Part shown: one piece after another, positions 1-11,305 of the stretch | How positions within the stretch are numbered: position 1 is the stretch's first letter | How the letters are laid out: each line of letters starts with the position of its first letter | Assembly: GCA_965285935.1 (NCBI GenBank) | Contig: OZ260663.1 | Coordinates: 56,792,001-56,856,000 of the forward strand | Reading direction: 5' to 3' | Source: Ophelia neglecta | Taxonomy: Eukaryota | Length of the DNA stretch: 64,000 nucleotides | The notes under the pieces: generated by a model | Databases searched by the model: none | Told to the model about the DNA's origin: nothing | What the model saw: only the letters and a program-made list of their open reading frames with translations | Program-made: the position numbers and the translations under genes

Positions 1-160
1 AACGGGCTACGTGCAATAAACACTAGAAGTGTTTGTTAACAAGATGACCTCAAGTTTAAGTTAAAGAGCTATATGTGACTTGGTGGCTGATGAATTGCAT
101 CACAATAAAAAGCAACAATGACATTTGATAAACATGAGACACTGGTTTGATACATTCCAG

Positions 161-3100
161 GAGGCTTTTGAAATTCTTGGTTTCGATAGAACCGCCGAGG
201 TATTACCATCTTATAAAATCAGCATGTCCATCCTTCATTTTGGAGAAATGCAGTTCAAACAAAGAGGCGAACAGGCTGAGGTTGACGGGACAGGAGGTAA
301 AATATTCACTAGGATATGTATCAATACACGTGATAAAAAGTGTATTTTTATCGAATAACAACCTGTCTTAGTTTTAAAAAACAATCATATTTAGGAAATC
401 TTGCTTTTATGGATATATTCTTTCACGTTTTAGAGCATGTTTATTTCAGTATGCATATAGTTTATTTTATTGGCATAAAAAACCTTGCGCTGTAGGAGTC
501 AGTATATTCACCACTTCACACATAAACAATTCTCCAAGAACTCTATAAATAATAGGTGCATTTCTGCAATTTTTATATTATAATCTTATCGATTATTATT
601 TCAGAGGCTGAGAAAGTCGCCCATTTGTTAGGACTCAACGCTGCTGACCTACTGAAATCTCTGATTACACCCAAGGTGAAAGTCGGCACAGAATGGGTCA
701 CCAAAGGTCAAACTAAACCCCAAGTACAATTCAGCGTGCAGGCCTTGTCCAAAGCCATCTACGCCCGTTATTTCACCTGGCTCGTACACCGTTGCAACGG
801 GACCCTGGAGACAAAGGCCAAGCGTTCCTACTTCATCGGTGTGCTGGATATCGCCGGATTCGAGATCTTCGAGTTTAACACTTTCGAGCAGATGTGCATC
901 AACTACACCAACGAGTGCCTCCAGCAGTTCTTCAACCACCACATGTTCGTACTCGAGCAGGAGGAGTACAAGAAAGAAGGTATCGTCTGGACATTCATTG
1001 ATTTCGGTATGGACTTGCAGGCCACCATCGAGCTGATTGAGAAGGTAAATTCAACACATTTATATAGAAAAACGTATCAGACGACAACTATTCTTTACTA
1101 TCTAATCATTTTATTGACGACGCTGCTATTATACGCTGCATTCACAAATTAAAAGGAATATATAGCAAAGCTGATTTAAACGGCATTGCTCGATATTTAT
1201 AACTGACAAATAACGATACCGTGTCTTTGGTGGCCGCCAATCTGCATTTGTCGGAAGAATGTATTTGCACTTGAACCACGGTGTTACTATTTAAATCTCA
1301 ACCTTATTGTCATTTGACGAAAGCTAGCCCATTCTAACTCTTTCTGAATAATAGTTTTTATCTTTGATGTGTGGCAGTGACATCTTTATGTTATCGTTAC
1401 TTTCAGCCTATGGGTATTTTGTCCATCCTTCAAGAGGAATGCATGTTCCCCAAAGCTGATGATAAGACCTTCATTGCTAAGCTGTATGACAACCATCTTG
1501 GAAAGAGCACACAATTTGGCAAACCCAAAATGGCAAAGGGGGCCAAGTACGAGGCTCACTTTGAAATCTACCACTACGCTGGAACTGTACAGTACAATAT
1601 CAATGGCTGGCTCTTCAAGAACAGGGATCCTATCAATGACTGTGTGATTCAATTGATGGCACAGGCCAAGGATCCCATGTTGGCAAGCTTCTTCTTTGTA
1701 CCTGAGGGTATGTAGATTTTTGAGTCAAGACCTGTATATATTTACCTTGGGATGTAGCAATACAACATAATTCAAGACCAATGAACATCTGTAAATATAA
1801 AACCCCTTAAATGTCGTTCCTACTTAATGTATAATGCATATGGAATATACTCAGGCTCTCGTACATAAGTACTTAATACTGGTTTATTGTGATTATGTGT
1901 CATAGTCCAAGTTAATCTGCAAGTCTGAGGAAACATACAGGATAATAGTAGTAGTATTATAAGAATATTTTTAGAGGAGGTTGGTAGCACGAAAACGGAC
2001 AACCTACCTATTGCTGACTGTGTAACATGATCATATATTAAAATAATTATCAAAACTTGTTCCACTTTTACAGAGGAGGGTGGTGGTGGAAAGAAGAAGA
2101 AGAAGGGTGGTTCTATGCAGACCATCTCTGCTACTCACAAAGATCAGCTACACAAGTTGATGACCACCCTAAGGACAACTGCTCCTCACTTTGTACGTTG
2201 CATCATCCCCAATGAGGTCAAAACCCCTGGATTGATTGACGCCCACTTGGTCCTTCATCAGCTGCAGTGTAACGGTGTACTTGAGGGTATCCGTATCTGC
2301 CGTAAAGGCTTCCCTAACAGGGTGCTTTACTCTGAATTTAAGCAAAGGTATTAAATAAATCTTATTAAATATGTCAATAGAATCAAAGTGTTTACTTATA
2401 CATTATATGATTGAATTGTATGTGGTACTGTCTAAACCTGTCTATAAATTCCTTGGTTTCTTGCAGATACTCCATCCTTGCCCCCAACGCCGTGCCATCC
2501 GGGTTTGTCGACGGAAAAGAAGCCTCAGGCAAAGTTCTGGCGGCGGTCACTGACCTCGATCAGGAGTCGTACAGACTTGGACACACCAAGGTGTTTTTCA
2601 AAGCCGGTGTCCTCGGTCAGCTTGAGGAATGGCGCGAAGAGAAACTGACTAGGATCATCACCAACCTCCAAGGATGGATCAGAGGTTATCTGATGAGAGC
2701 AAACTACAACAAGCTATGTGAGCAACGGTAAGTATCAAACAACTGAAATGATCTTGCTAAACGGTCCACCGGCCATCTTTTGATTACTGATTTTGCTTTA
2801 TCTTTCGGCTATCCACATCCGTTTTTATGCATACAGCTTATACAACACCTACGAACGATCTATACACGACTTTATTTCCACATGACAGTAAGGCATTCAT
2901 CATCGTCCAGCGCAACATCCGCAAATGGCTGAGCCTCAAGACCTGGATCTGGTGGAAGATCTACACTCGTGTCAAGCCTCTGCTGAGCATTGCTCGTGCT
3001 GAAGATGAACAGAAGAAGATGCAGGAAGAATTCGAAAAAACTAAAGACGAGCTGAAGAAAATTGAAGCGAAGGCACAAGCACTCGAGGAGCAGAACACAT

Positions 3101-6100
3101 CTTTACTGCAACAGAAAAATGACCTATTCCTACAGATGCAGGTGAGTGTGGTGAAATAGAAATATTTTCTGTATAAAGCGAAAAATTTAGCATAACCAGC
3201 AGCAAAATCTACAAACTATATCTCTAAAATATATGAATTTTATAAAAGATGTCAGAGGAATCTTCTGGGGAATATGAAGAGAGAATTGAAATGTTGCTGA
3301 AGTTAAAACAAGACCAGATCGACAACATCAAAGATCTTGAAGAGCGTCTTTCGGAGGCAGAAGGTGATTTAATTTTTGCGCTAAGCATAAGTAAATATAG
3401 AAATGTGACATATTATATTTCATCTTCGAATATATAGAAATGTCGTTATTTTCCGTAATCACCTATAGAACCCAATAGAACTACGAAAATGGAATCTGAC
3501 TGAAACTATCTAGAGTGCATATATTTTACTTATTTACTATGTGCAGGTGACACGGAAGCCTTGGATGCTGCTAAGAGGAAAGCGGATGAAAAAATCAGTG
3601 GTTTGAAGGGCGATATTGAAAACCTGGAATTAGCTCTTAATAAGGCCGAAACTGAGAAGACAACCAGGGATAATCAAATCAAGACTCTGAATGAAGAAAT
3701 GGCCAGGCAGGATGAGGCGGTGCGTAGTTCATTATTTAAACTTTCTTAAACGCTCTTTACCATAAACTGATAGTATTGTCTAAACGGGTTTTTTCTACAA
3801 TGACGATTTTTCATGAACGGCACTGCACTCGTAACATAAATCATATTATAATAACCGTAATCAAACAGATCGCTAAGTTGAACAAAGAAAAAAAGAACAT
3901 GGACGAGGGTAGCAAGAAACTGGCCGAAGATCTTCAGGCGGAAGAAGATAAGTGCAACCATCTAAACAAGTTGAAACAGAAGATGGAACAAACCATTGAT
4001 GAGTTGGAAGACAACCTTGAACGTGAAAAGAAAGTCCGTGCCGATGTGGAGAAAGCTAAGAGAAAGGTAGAAGGCGAACTGAAGCAGACACAGGAGACTG
4101 TTGAGGAGCTGGAGAAGATCAAAGGTGACCTTGAAGGAAATGTCCGCAAGAAGGATGCTGAAATTAAGAACATGGAGAGCAAGCTGGAAGACGAACAGAG
4201 CATGGTATCCCAGCTACAGAAAAAGATCAAGGATCTCATGGCTCGCATCGAGGAGTTGGAAGAGGAGCTTGAAGCAGAGCGTGCGAACCGAGCTAAGGCC
4301 GAGAAACAGCGTAACCAGCTACAGGCGGAACTTGACGAGCTGAGTGAGAGACTTGACGAGGCTGGCGGTGCCACTCAGGCCCAGATGGACCTTAACAAGA
4401 AACGTGAGGCAGAGCTAAGTAAGCTGCGTCGTGATTTGGAGGAGTCGACTATACAGAATGAACAGACTATATCTAGTCTGCGCAAGAAGCAAAATGACAT
4501 GGCCGCCGACCTCCAGGACCAGGTTGACAATCTACAGAAGGGAAAGCAAAAGTAAGTTGCAAACTTTTTCACAATGGGAGTTCATAGTTTCACGTTTTAC
4601 TTTTTAGTTTTAAAATTGACCGTCACACATATTTAATGGTAAATAATTCTCACATCAGTTTCATTATTAATTAAAGTATATACGCCGTACCCATTTTACA
4701 TGTTTACTTCAAGTGATAATTTTTCACTTTCCAAAGGGCCGAAAAGGAAAGAAACCAACTAAAGGCCGAACTGGATGACGCTCAGTCACAGTTGGATCAT
4801 GTTAGCAAGCAAAAGGTACATGACAGTTTTGTTAAGTTTCAATACATCTCCTGAACAGTCTGGCCTTCTTCACGATTTCAGCTGAAGCAATGTCCTGGTA
4901 TAAGATTAATAAAAACATATATTTTAACCATTGTCCTCTAATTATTATACAGTCTGATGCTGAGAAATCTGGCAAGGGACTTCATGGTCAATTGGACGAT
5001 CTAAACCGACGTGTCGATGAAAGTAACGCACAACTGCAGGAGTTAAATGCTCTCAAAGCAAAGATGACCGCCGAAAATGCGGACCTACTGCGCCAGCTTG
5101 AGGAGTCTGAGAGCCAAAACAGCGCTCTTAGCAAAGCAAAACAAGCCCTTAGCAAGCAACTCGAGGAGGCTAAAGGTTCACTGGAGGACGAAACTCGCCA
5201 GCGCCAGAGACTTGCTGCGGACATGCGCAACCTACAGAGTGATTTTGATGCTGCACGTGATCAACTGGAAGAGGAATCTGAAGGCCGTGCCGACATGCAG
5301 CGTTTGTTAAATAAGGCCAACGGTGAGGCCCAAGAATGGCGCAGAAAATGTGAATCTGGTGAGGGTGGGGTCCGCTCCGAAGAGTTGGACGACCTCAAGA
5401 GGAAGATGAACGCTAAACTGGCTGATATGGAAGCCCAGATGGAAGCTGCCATGTCCAAAGCCGCTTCTGCCGAGAAAGCCAAACATAGGTTGGCAGGAGA
5501 GATGGAAGACCTTCAAATTGAGTGTGAGAGAGCCCAGGCTGTCGCTTCCCAGGCTGAAAAACGCCAGCGTGCCTTTGACAAGACCGTGGATGAATGGAAA
5601 CGCAAGGTGGCCGATCTTCAGGCAGAATTGGACACGGCATTGAAAGACGGCCGTGCCAGCGCCGCTGAGGTGTACCGCCTGAAAGCCCAGATAGACGAGG
5701 GAGGTGATGTCGTGGAGTCCCTTAGGAGAGAGAATAAAAATCTGGCTGGTATGCACATTGAACTTTTGCAATGAATATTATTACGATTATAACAGTCTAA
5801 AAAAAAATATATATATATATAGATCTCCCAGCGTTTTTCTGTTCTAAGCGAACGCGGTGCGAACTGCATCCATAAATGCTCATCGTCTTTGAACGATGAA
5901 TAATATTCCTTATTTTCAAAAGTCAAGAACTAAATAAGGAAATACATTTAAAACCTTGTCTTCGTAGTGCTAATAATTTAATATTATGTAAAATTTGAAT
6001 GTTTCAGAGGAGGTCCATGAACTGACTGATCAGCTGAGTGATGGGGGCCGCTCGGTTCACGAACTGGAGAAGATCCGTAAACGCCTTGAGATGGAAAAGG

Positions 6101-8309
6101 AGGAGCTTCAGTCGGCCCTGGAGGAGGCTGAAGCTGCCCTGGAGCAGGAGGAAGTCAAGGTACAGCGTGCCCAGCTGGAGATTAACCAGGTTCGCCAGGA
6201 TATCGACCGCCGCCTGGCAGAGAAGGATGAGGAATTCGAGAACACTCGTAAAAACCACCAGCGTCAAATGGATTCTGTCCAGGCCTCTCTGGAAGCTGAG
6301 AGCCGCGGCAGAGCCGAGGCCATCCGCGCCAAGAAGAAGCTGGAGTCCGACATCAACGAACTGGAAGTTGCTCTAGATGGTGCTAACAGGTACTAGTAAT
6401 CTTTATGTCACATTCAGCCTGCTATGGTTTTCTGCATCTGCTTCAGTTTAGGTTTCATTTTCGTCAATATTTTACTAGAAAGAGTTGTATAATAAATATT
6501 TCAATTTAATTGTTTTCTTTTAAGCTCATAAACTAAACAACAAATGACTAAATAGCGAATAGGAAATCACAATCAAAGTTCTTGTTATTACCAGGGCACG
6601 TGCCGAAGCTGAGAAGAATGCCAAGAAATATTCCGTGCAATGTCGCGAACTACAAACAGCCCTTGAAGATGAGCAGCGAGCTGTCTCCGATGCAAAAGAA
6701 CAATTCGGTTAGTAACGTATTAACAATTTTGCATTGCAAATACAATCCTTGCTTATTTACGTTTGTACAAACATGATTAAGTGGCATTGACACTGTTATA
6801 ATTTCACTTTCAGTGTCCTCCGAGCGCCGTAACCACATACTGGCTGGTGAGGTTGAGGAGATGCAAACCCAGTTGGAGTCCAGTGAACGTGCCCGCAAAG
6901 CCGCTGAGGCCGAGGCACATGAGGCCTCCGACCGTGTATCTGAACTGTCCACCCAGATTTCATCTCTCTCTGCACAGAAGAGGAAGCTGGATAACGATGT
7001 TCAAGCCATGCAAGTCGACCTAGAGGAGCTACATGGTGAGCTGAGAAGTGCTGAAGATGCTTCCAAACATGCCATGGCTGACGCTGCCAAACTGGGCGAG
7101 GAGCTTCGTCAAGAGCAAGAACATTCATCAAGCATTGAAAAGATGCGCCGCACACTGGAAGGCCAAGTTAAAGAACTCCAGGCCCGTCTCGATGAAGCCG
7201 AGGCTTCTTCTCTCAAGGGTGGCAAGAGAATGATCCAGAAACTGGAACAACGTGTACGCGAGCTGGAGGTTGAGCTGGACACTGAACAGAGGCGCCATGC
7301 TGACACCAGCAAGACCGTCCGCAAGCAGGACAGGCAAATGAAAGAACTTGCGTTTGCAGCTGACGAGGACAAGAAACAACAAGAACGCCTGTCCGATATG
7401 GTTGAGAGGCTGAATCAGAAGATCAAACTGTACAAGAGACAGGTCGAGGAAGCCGTGAGTATATCGCTAACTATTACTTTGTGCAGAAAATTCATTTCGG
7501 TTCTTTAATATTTATCCTTGTATGCATCGAAGGAGCCTGCCGTTCATTTGTTTAATTATTACTTAGTATAAACCAAAAAGTAGTTTGGGAGACCTATATT
7601 ATATCTTATGATATGTATGCTATCGTATTATAATTCTGTACGATTTATCTTCTGTGTTTTAAATTCAAAGGAGGAGATAGCTGCCGTGAACTTGGCCAAG
7701 TACCGTAAGGTTCAGCACGAGTTGGAGGACGCCGAGGAGCGTGCTGACATGGCTGAGAACACTCTGGCCAAACTCAGGGCCAGGAACCGTAGCTCTGTGT
7801 CTGCTACCAAGGTGATCACTGGGGTAAGTGTGCCAGCACGTATGGTGAATGAAATATTCTTTTTTACATTAACCATATTACATTGTGGTTTACCCATTAA
7901 TTTAGAAAACTATTCTATGTTCTCGGCATTGTGTTGAATAATCGGCCATCTTGCTATAATGATGTCCATGGCAATTTACGAGAGATCATTCTTTCAACAT
8001 CATCAGTAACATTATCAAAGCCGTTCTTTAAGCTATAAGTTATGTTCATGTTGTATAATTATGAAACCAAATCCAAATCCATTAAATGGCTATTATTCCT
8101 TTTTCGTTCGCCTAAAACGAATATGTATGGCTGTTGGGTTTTATAATTACTGAACCAATGTTTATCTGGAAATATGTCTAGACATTTTAAAGAATACTTC
8201 ATTATGAAGACTTAATCGTAATAAGCGAGTTTATCTTACATGTTTTTATATACATTTGCAGCCTGGAGTTAAGATGACTGTCAAGAGCAGGAGGGAGACA
8301 TCAGACTAA
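161..8309 (+). CDS. Striated-muscle-type myosin II heavy chain, paralogue A (5' end lies outside the window)
   Basis: Exons 161-296, 605-1044, 1407-1707, 2074-2347, 2467-2727, 2889-3141, 3249-3363, 3547-3719, 3869-4551, 4737-4815, 4953-5748, 6008-6389, 6595-6707, 6814-7454, 7671-7823, 8262-8309, all GT-AG and in phase. Motifs: switch II DIAGFE, relay [12 protein letters not shown]1/SH2 [21 protein letters not shown]/hook region, long heptad coiled-coil rod. Ends [15 protein letters not shown]. Confidence 0.96.
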
Positions 8310-8506
8310 ACGATCCAGTTAGAAATCAAAGGACCTGACGACGGACGGTAAGTTATAAAGTCTATGTATATATTCTGTGTGCCGTACTAACATGTTGCTG
8401 CATGTAAACTCTCTCCCCCCGTTTCTTGCACATTTAGCATAATAGTTGCAACCTAATAAAAATTAGATAAACTGTATAATTGTAAATTTGACTATTTTTC
8501 TTTCAG

Positions 8507-8545
8507 AATTTTTACAAGGACCTCCCTATGTGCCAATTATTTTAA
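8507..8545 (+). CDS. Putative alternative last coding exon of MHC-A (NFYKDLPMCQLF*)
   Basis: Strong acceptor (ctatttttctttcag) at 8506, in phase 0 with the donor after 7823. A counterpart of equal length exists in MHC-B. Confidence 0.55.
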   Translation, partial: NFYKDLPMCQLF

Positions 8546-9540
8546 CCCTGGTGTGAACTGATTTGTAGAATCTCCAACCAGTGTGCCTTAAGATGTCATC
8601 CATAATGCTCGACCTCTACACCAACTAAGTTGTGTTTCAAAGCAATGGAACGGTGAATTTTCTAAGAGAACTTTCAAAGATCGCTGGCCACTAACTGGAG
8701 TAGCGAATTAGATTAACATTTCCCCTCGTGTGTTTGGATCCCGTCATACACTCCCCAAGGCAAGTATCGACCATATGACGCCGATTGGACATTTGCCTCT
8801 CCCTGGACCATCGCGTGAGATTCCTACCAACACGGTGTAAAACATTCGTAAGAAATCGTAAACCAAAGCAATATAGACTCATTACGAATGGATTTCCTGG
8901 ACCTGGCTATTCTCGGGTGAATGCCATTTTGTTAACTGTGTTCAATCAAGTAAAAGAGCTATTTTGATCAGTACTTTGTCGTGTAAGTTAAAAACAAAAC
9001 ATATTTTAACTGCTACGAAAACACCTTGTAGAAATGAAATAAAGTAATGATTTGGGGATGAATCCAGTGACTTTGTTTTTTTATTTTAATGTCATATTTT
9101 ATAATTTATTAATATTCTAATTCTATGGGGGCAGTTGTAATACATCCGTTGAAAGTTGACTGTAATTTAGAGGCTCGTATAATGATTTGTTGGTTCACAA
9201 AATACTGCTGGCCTTAAGAAAATGGGGTCGTCAATAGCAAAAAATACCGATAATAAAAGTGAATGTTTACGTTTTGAAATATAAAGAAATAATACTGATA
9301 GTTGTGTTGTCATAAAAAATAGAACCTATCTAATAATAAGCTAAAACATTTTTACATAATAGTATAAATAGTATGTGATGTTGCGAAAGGTCTGGTTATT
9401 TCGGGCGTCATTTAATTTTATTATGAATCTAACAGAATCTATCGTCAATTTATGGGGATCTCAGTAGTACTCTAACCTAGTGAGACAAGCTAATCTTATC
9501 GAAAGATTGCAAGTAACAGATACTGAAGCCAAATAAATGA

Positions 9541-9547
9541 TATAAAA
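9541..9547 (+). promoter_or_regulatory. TATA box of the GNAT gene
   Basis: TATAAAA 145 bp upstream of the ATG|gtaagt that ends exon 1. Confidence 0.5.
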
Positions 9548-9685
9548 CGTGCTGCTGAACAACAGGTGTCATAGCAGATTTGACAGGACTGTGTGCTGGC
9601 GCCATCTTTAATTCTCCGGAGATATTTCTAGTCAAGAATTCCGATCCAAACCTAAGTGGCGACTGATTTTTGTGTGTGAAAAATA

Positions 9686-11305
9686 ATGGTAAGTTGGGGC
9701 TATGTCCGCCTGCATGATGAGTCTTCTTTTGAGTCAACTTTCGATATACCTGTTAAGAAGCAAGATTATTGATGAGCTTGTAATATGCGTTTTTAATTTA
9801 AATTCCCGGGTCCGTTTATTATAATTGCAAATTATAAGTGGCGAGAAATAAATCCACAAGAAAATTGAAGATGCTTGTCATTTGTAAATTCATTTATTCA
9901 GATTGAGTTTACACTGAAAGGTAACGAATGTGTCGTGTACCAGTTGGCGAGGGACACAGACGAGAAGTCACCTAAGTTTCAGGAATATTGGCAGATGGTA
10001 AAGAGCACGTGTGAGAGAGGAGACAACCAGGGCTACAATCAGTACATCACTCCGGAGGACTTCCTCAGTAAGCTGCGATGGGATGAGGCTGCCGTCTACT
10101 GTATAGAACGAGGTGGAAAGCTAGTGGCCGGAGTCATGGTCCGGCAGAGTCTCATGGCCCGGAGCGGAGCCAAATGTCTGGCCGCCCTCCACTTCTACCG
10201 TGTCAAGGAGTTTACCGGAAGTGAAGTCTACCGGGAGTTGGTGAGACTTGGCGAGAGTCTCGCCAAGAGTTTGGGGTACTCTTGTAACGAGACCTCGCTT
10301 TTTATTACCAATAAACCTGACGTGCTGGTTTTGAAACAAGAGGGTTACGAGTTCGCCGTGTGTATGGAAGACGTAATCACAGCCCCAAGAGGTCGCCTGA
10401 CCTGCTGTCTGACCATGTACAAAGATTTACAAGTCATCCCGCCTGTTGTGCGTATATTTACATGTAGTTAGTAAAAAAACTTTGGCCATTAACCTTTTTG
10501 CCTCAACAATATTCTAAAATTGTTCGAAAGGGTTTACCAACCTTGTTTATGTTCCTATATAATAAGTGAAAACAAAGGTACGCAAGAAGTTTGAGGTATT
10601 TTATTGAAAAATCATATCGAGTCTGGTAGTTTGTTTATTCAGGTACACGAGGTAACTCAGACCGAGCCCGACCGCCCCGAGGACTTCTTAGACATCAAGC
10701 CGCCACAGGTACCCTTCCTGCCTGTCGACGTCCCCCTGAAGAGCGGCGCCATGGTAACCATCCGGAACATGCGTAATGATGAGAGTATGTTGGTCTACAA
10801 CCTGTACCGTGACTCAGCCGGCCGTGGCGAGGGCTATGCCATCGACGAGTACAAGGGACTGACCGACTTCGTCAATGATTACATTTTGGTTTACTACACG
10901 GTGATGTTTTGTGACAAGGCGACTGGAGAGGTGATGGCAGCCTGTCAATATGGCCAAACGGTCTTTTCCCGCATTGCCCCTGGCGGAGATTGCCCTGTCT
11001 GTGATGCCCACTTGGTGATGACCCCTAAGTACATCGGCAAAGGCGAGGCCACGGAGCTGTGTGACTACATGCTCAGCGTCTGCAAGGAGTCAGGCTTCAC
11101 CTCGCAGACCAATGATACACTACTCACTCAGCTGAAAATGATTACGATTCTACGTAATTTGGGGTTTGCTCTGATTGGAGCCATCCCAAAAACCACCTAT
11201 GTTAAGGGCTTGGGCTGGATAGATTGCGTGTATCTGTATAAAGATATGAGAAACTATCCTACATTAAGTGAAGTAGTTAAGAAAATGCCAAAAAGCAAGG
11301 TTTAA
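9686..11305 (+). CDS. Tandem (two-domain) GNAT N-acetyltransferase, Mpr1/azetidine-2-carboxylate acetyltransferase-like, about 403 aa
   Basis: Exons 9686-9688 (ATG only, then gtaagt), 9902-10447, 10643-11305. The two halves are internally homologous, ending MYKDL and LYKDM. The C-domain has acetyl-CoA loop-like KYIGKGEA and LRNLGFALIGAIP...WIDCVYLYKD, typical of Mpr1-like GNATs. Family call is by recalled motif similarity. Confidence 0.75.

Noticed and set aside
3142-4952. Internal first exon for a headless rod isoform (catchin/myorod-like)
   Set aside because: Rod-region introns in both genes are under about 230 bp and show no extra exon or promoter.
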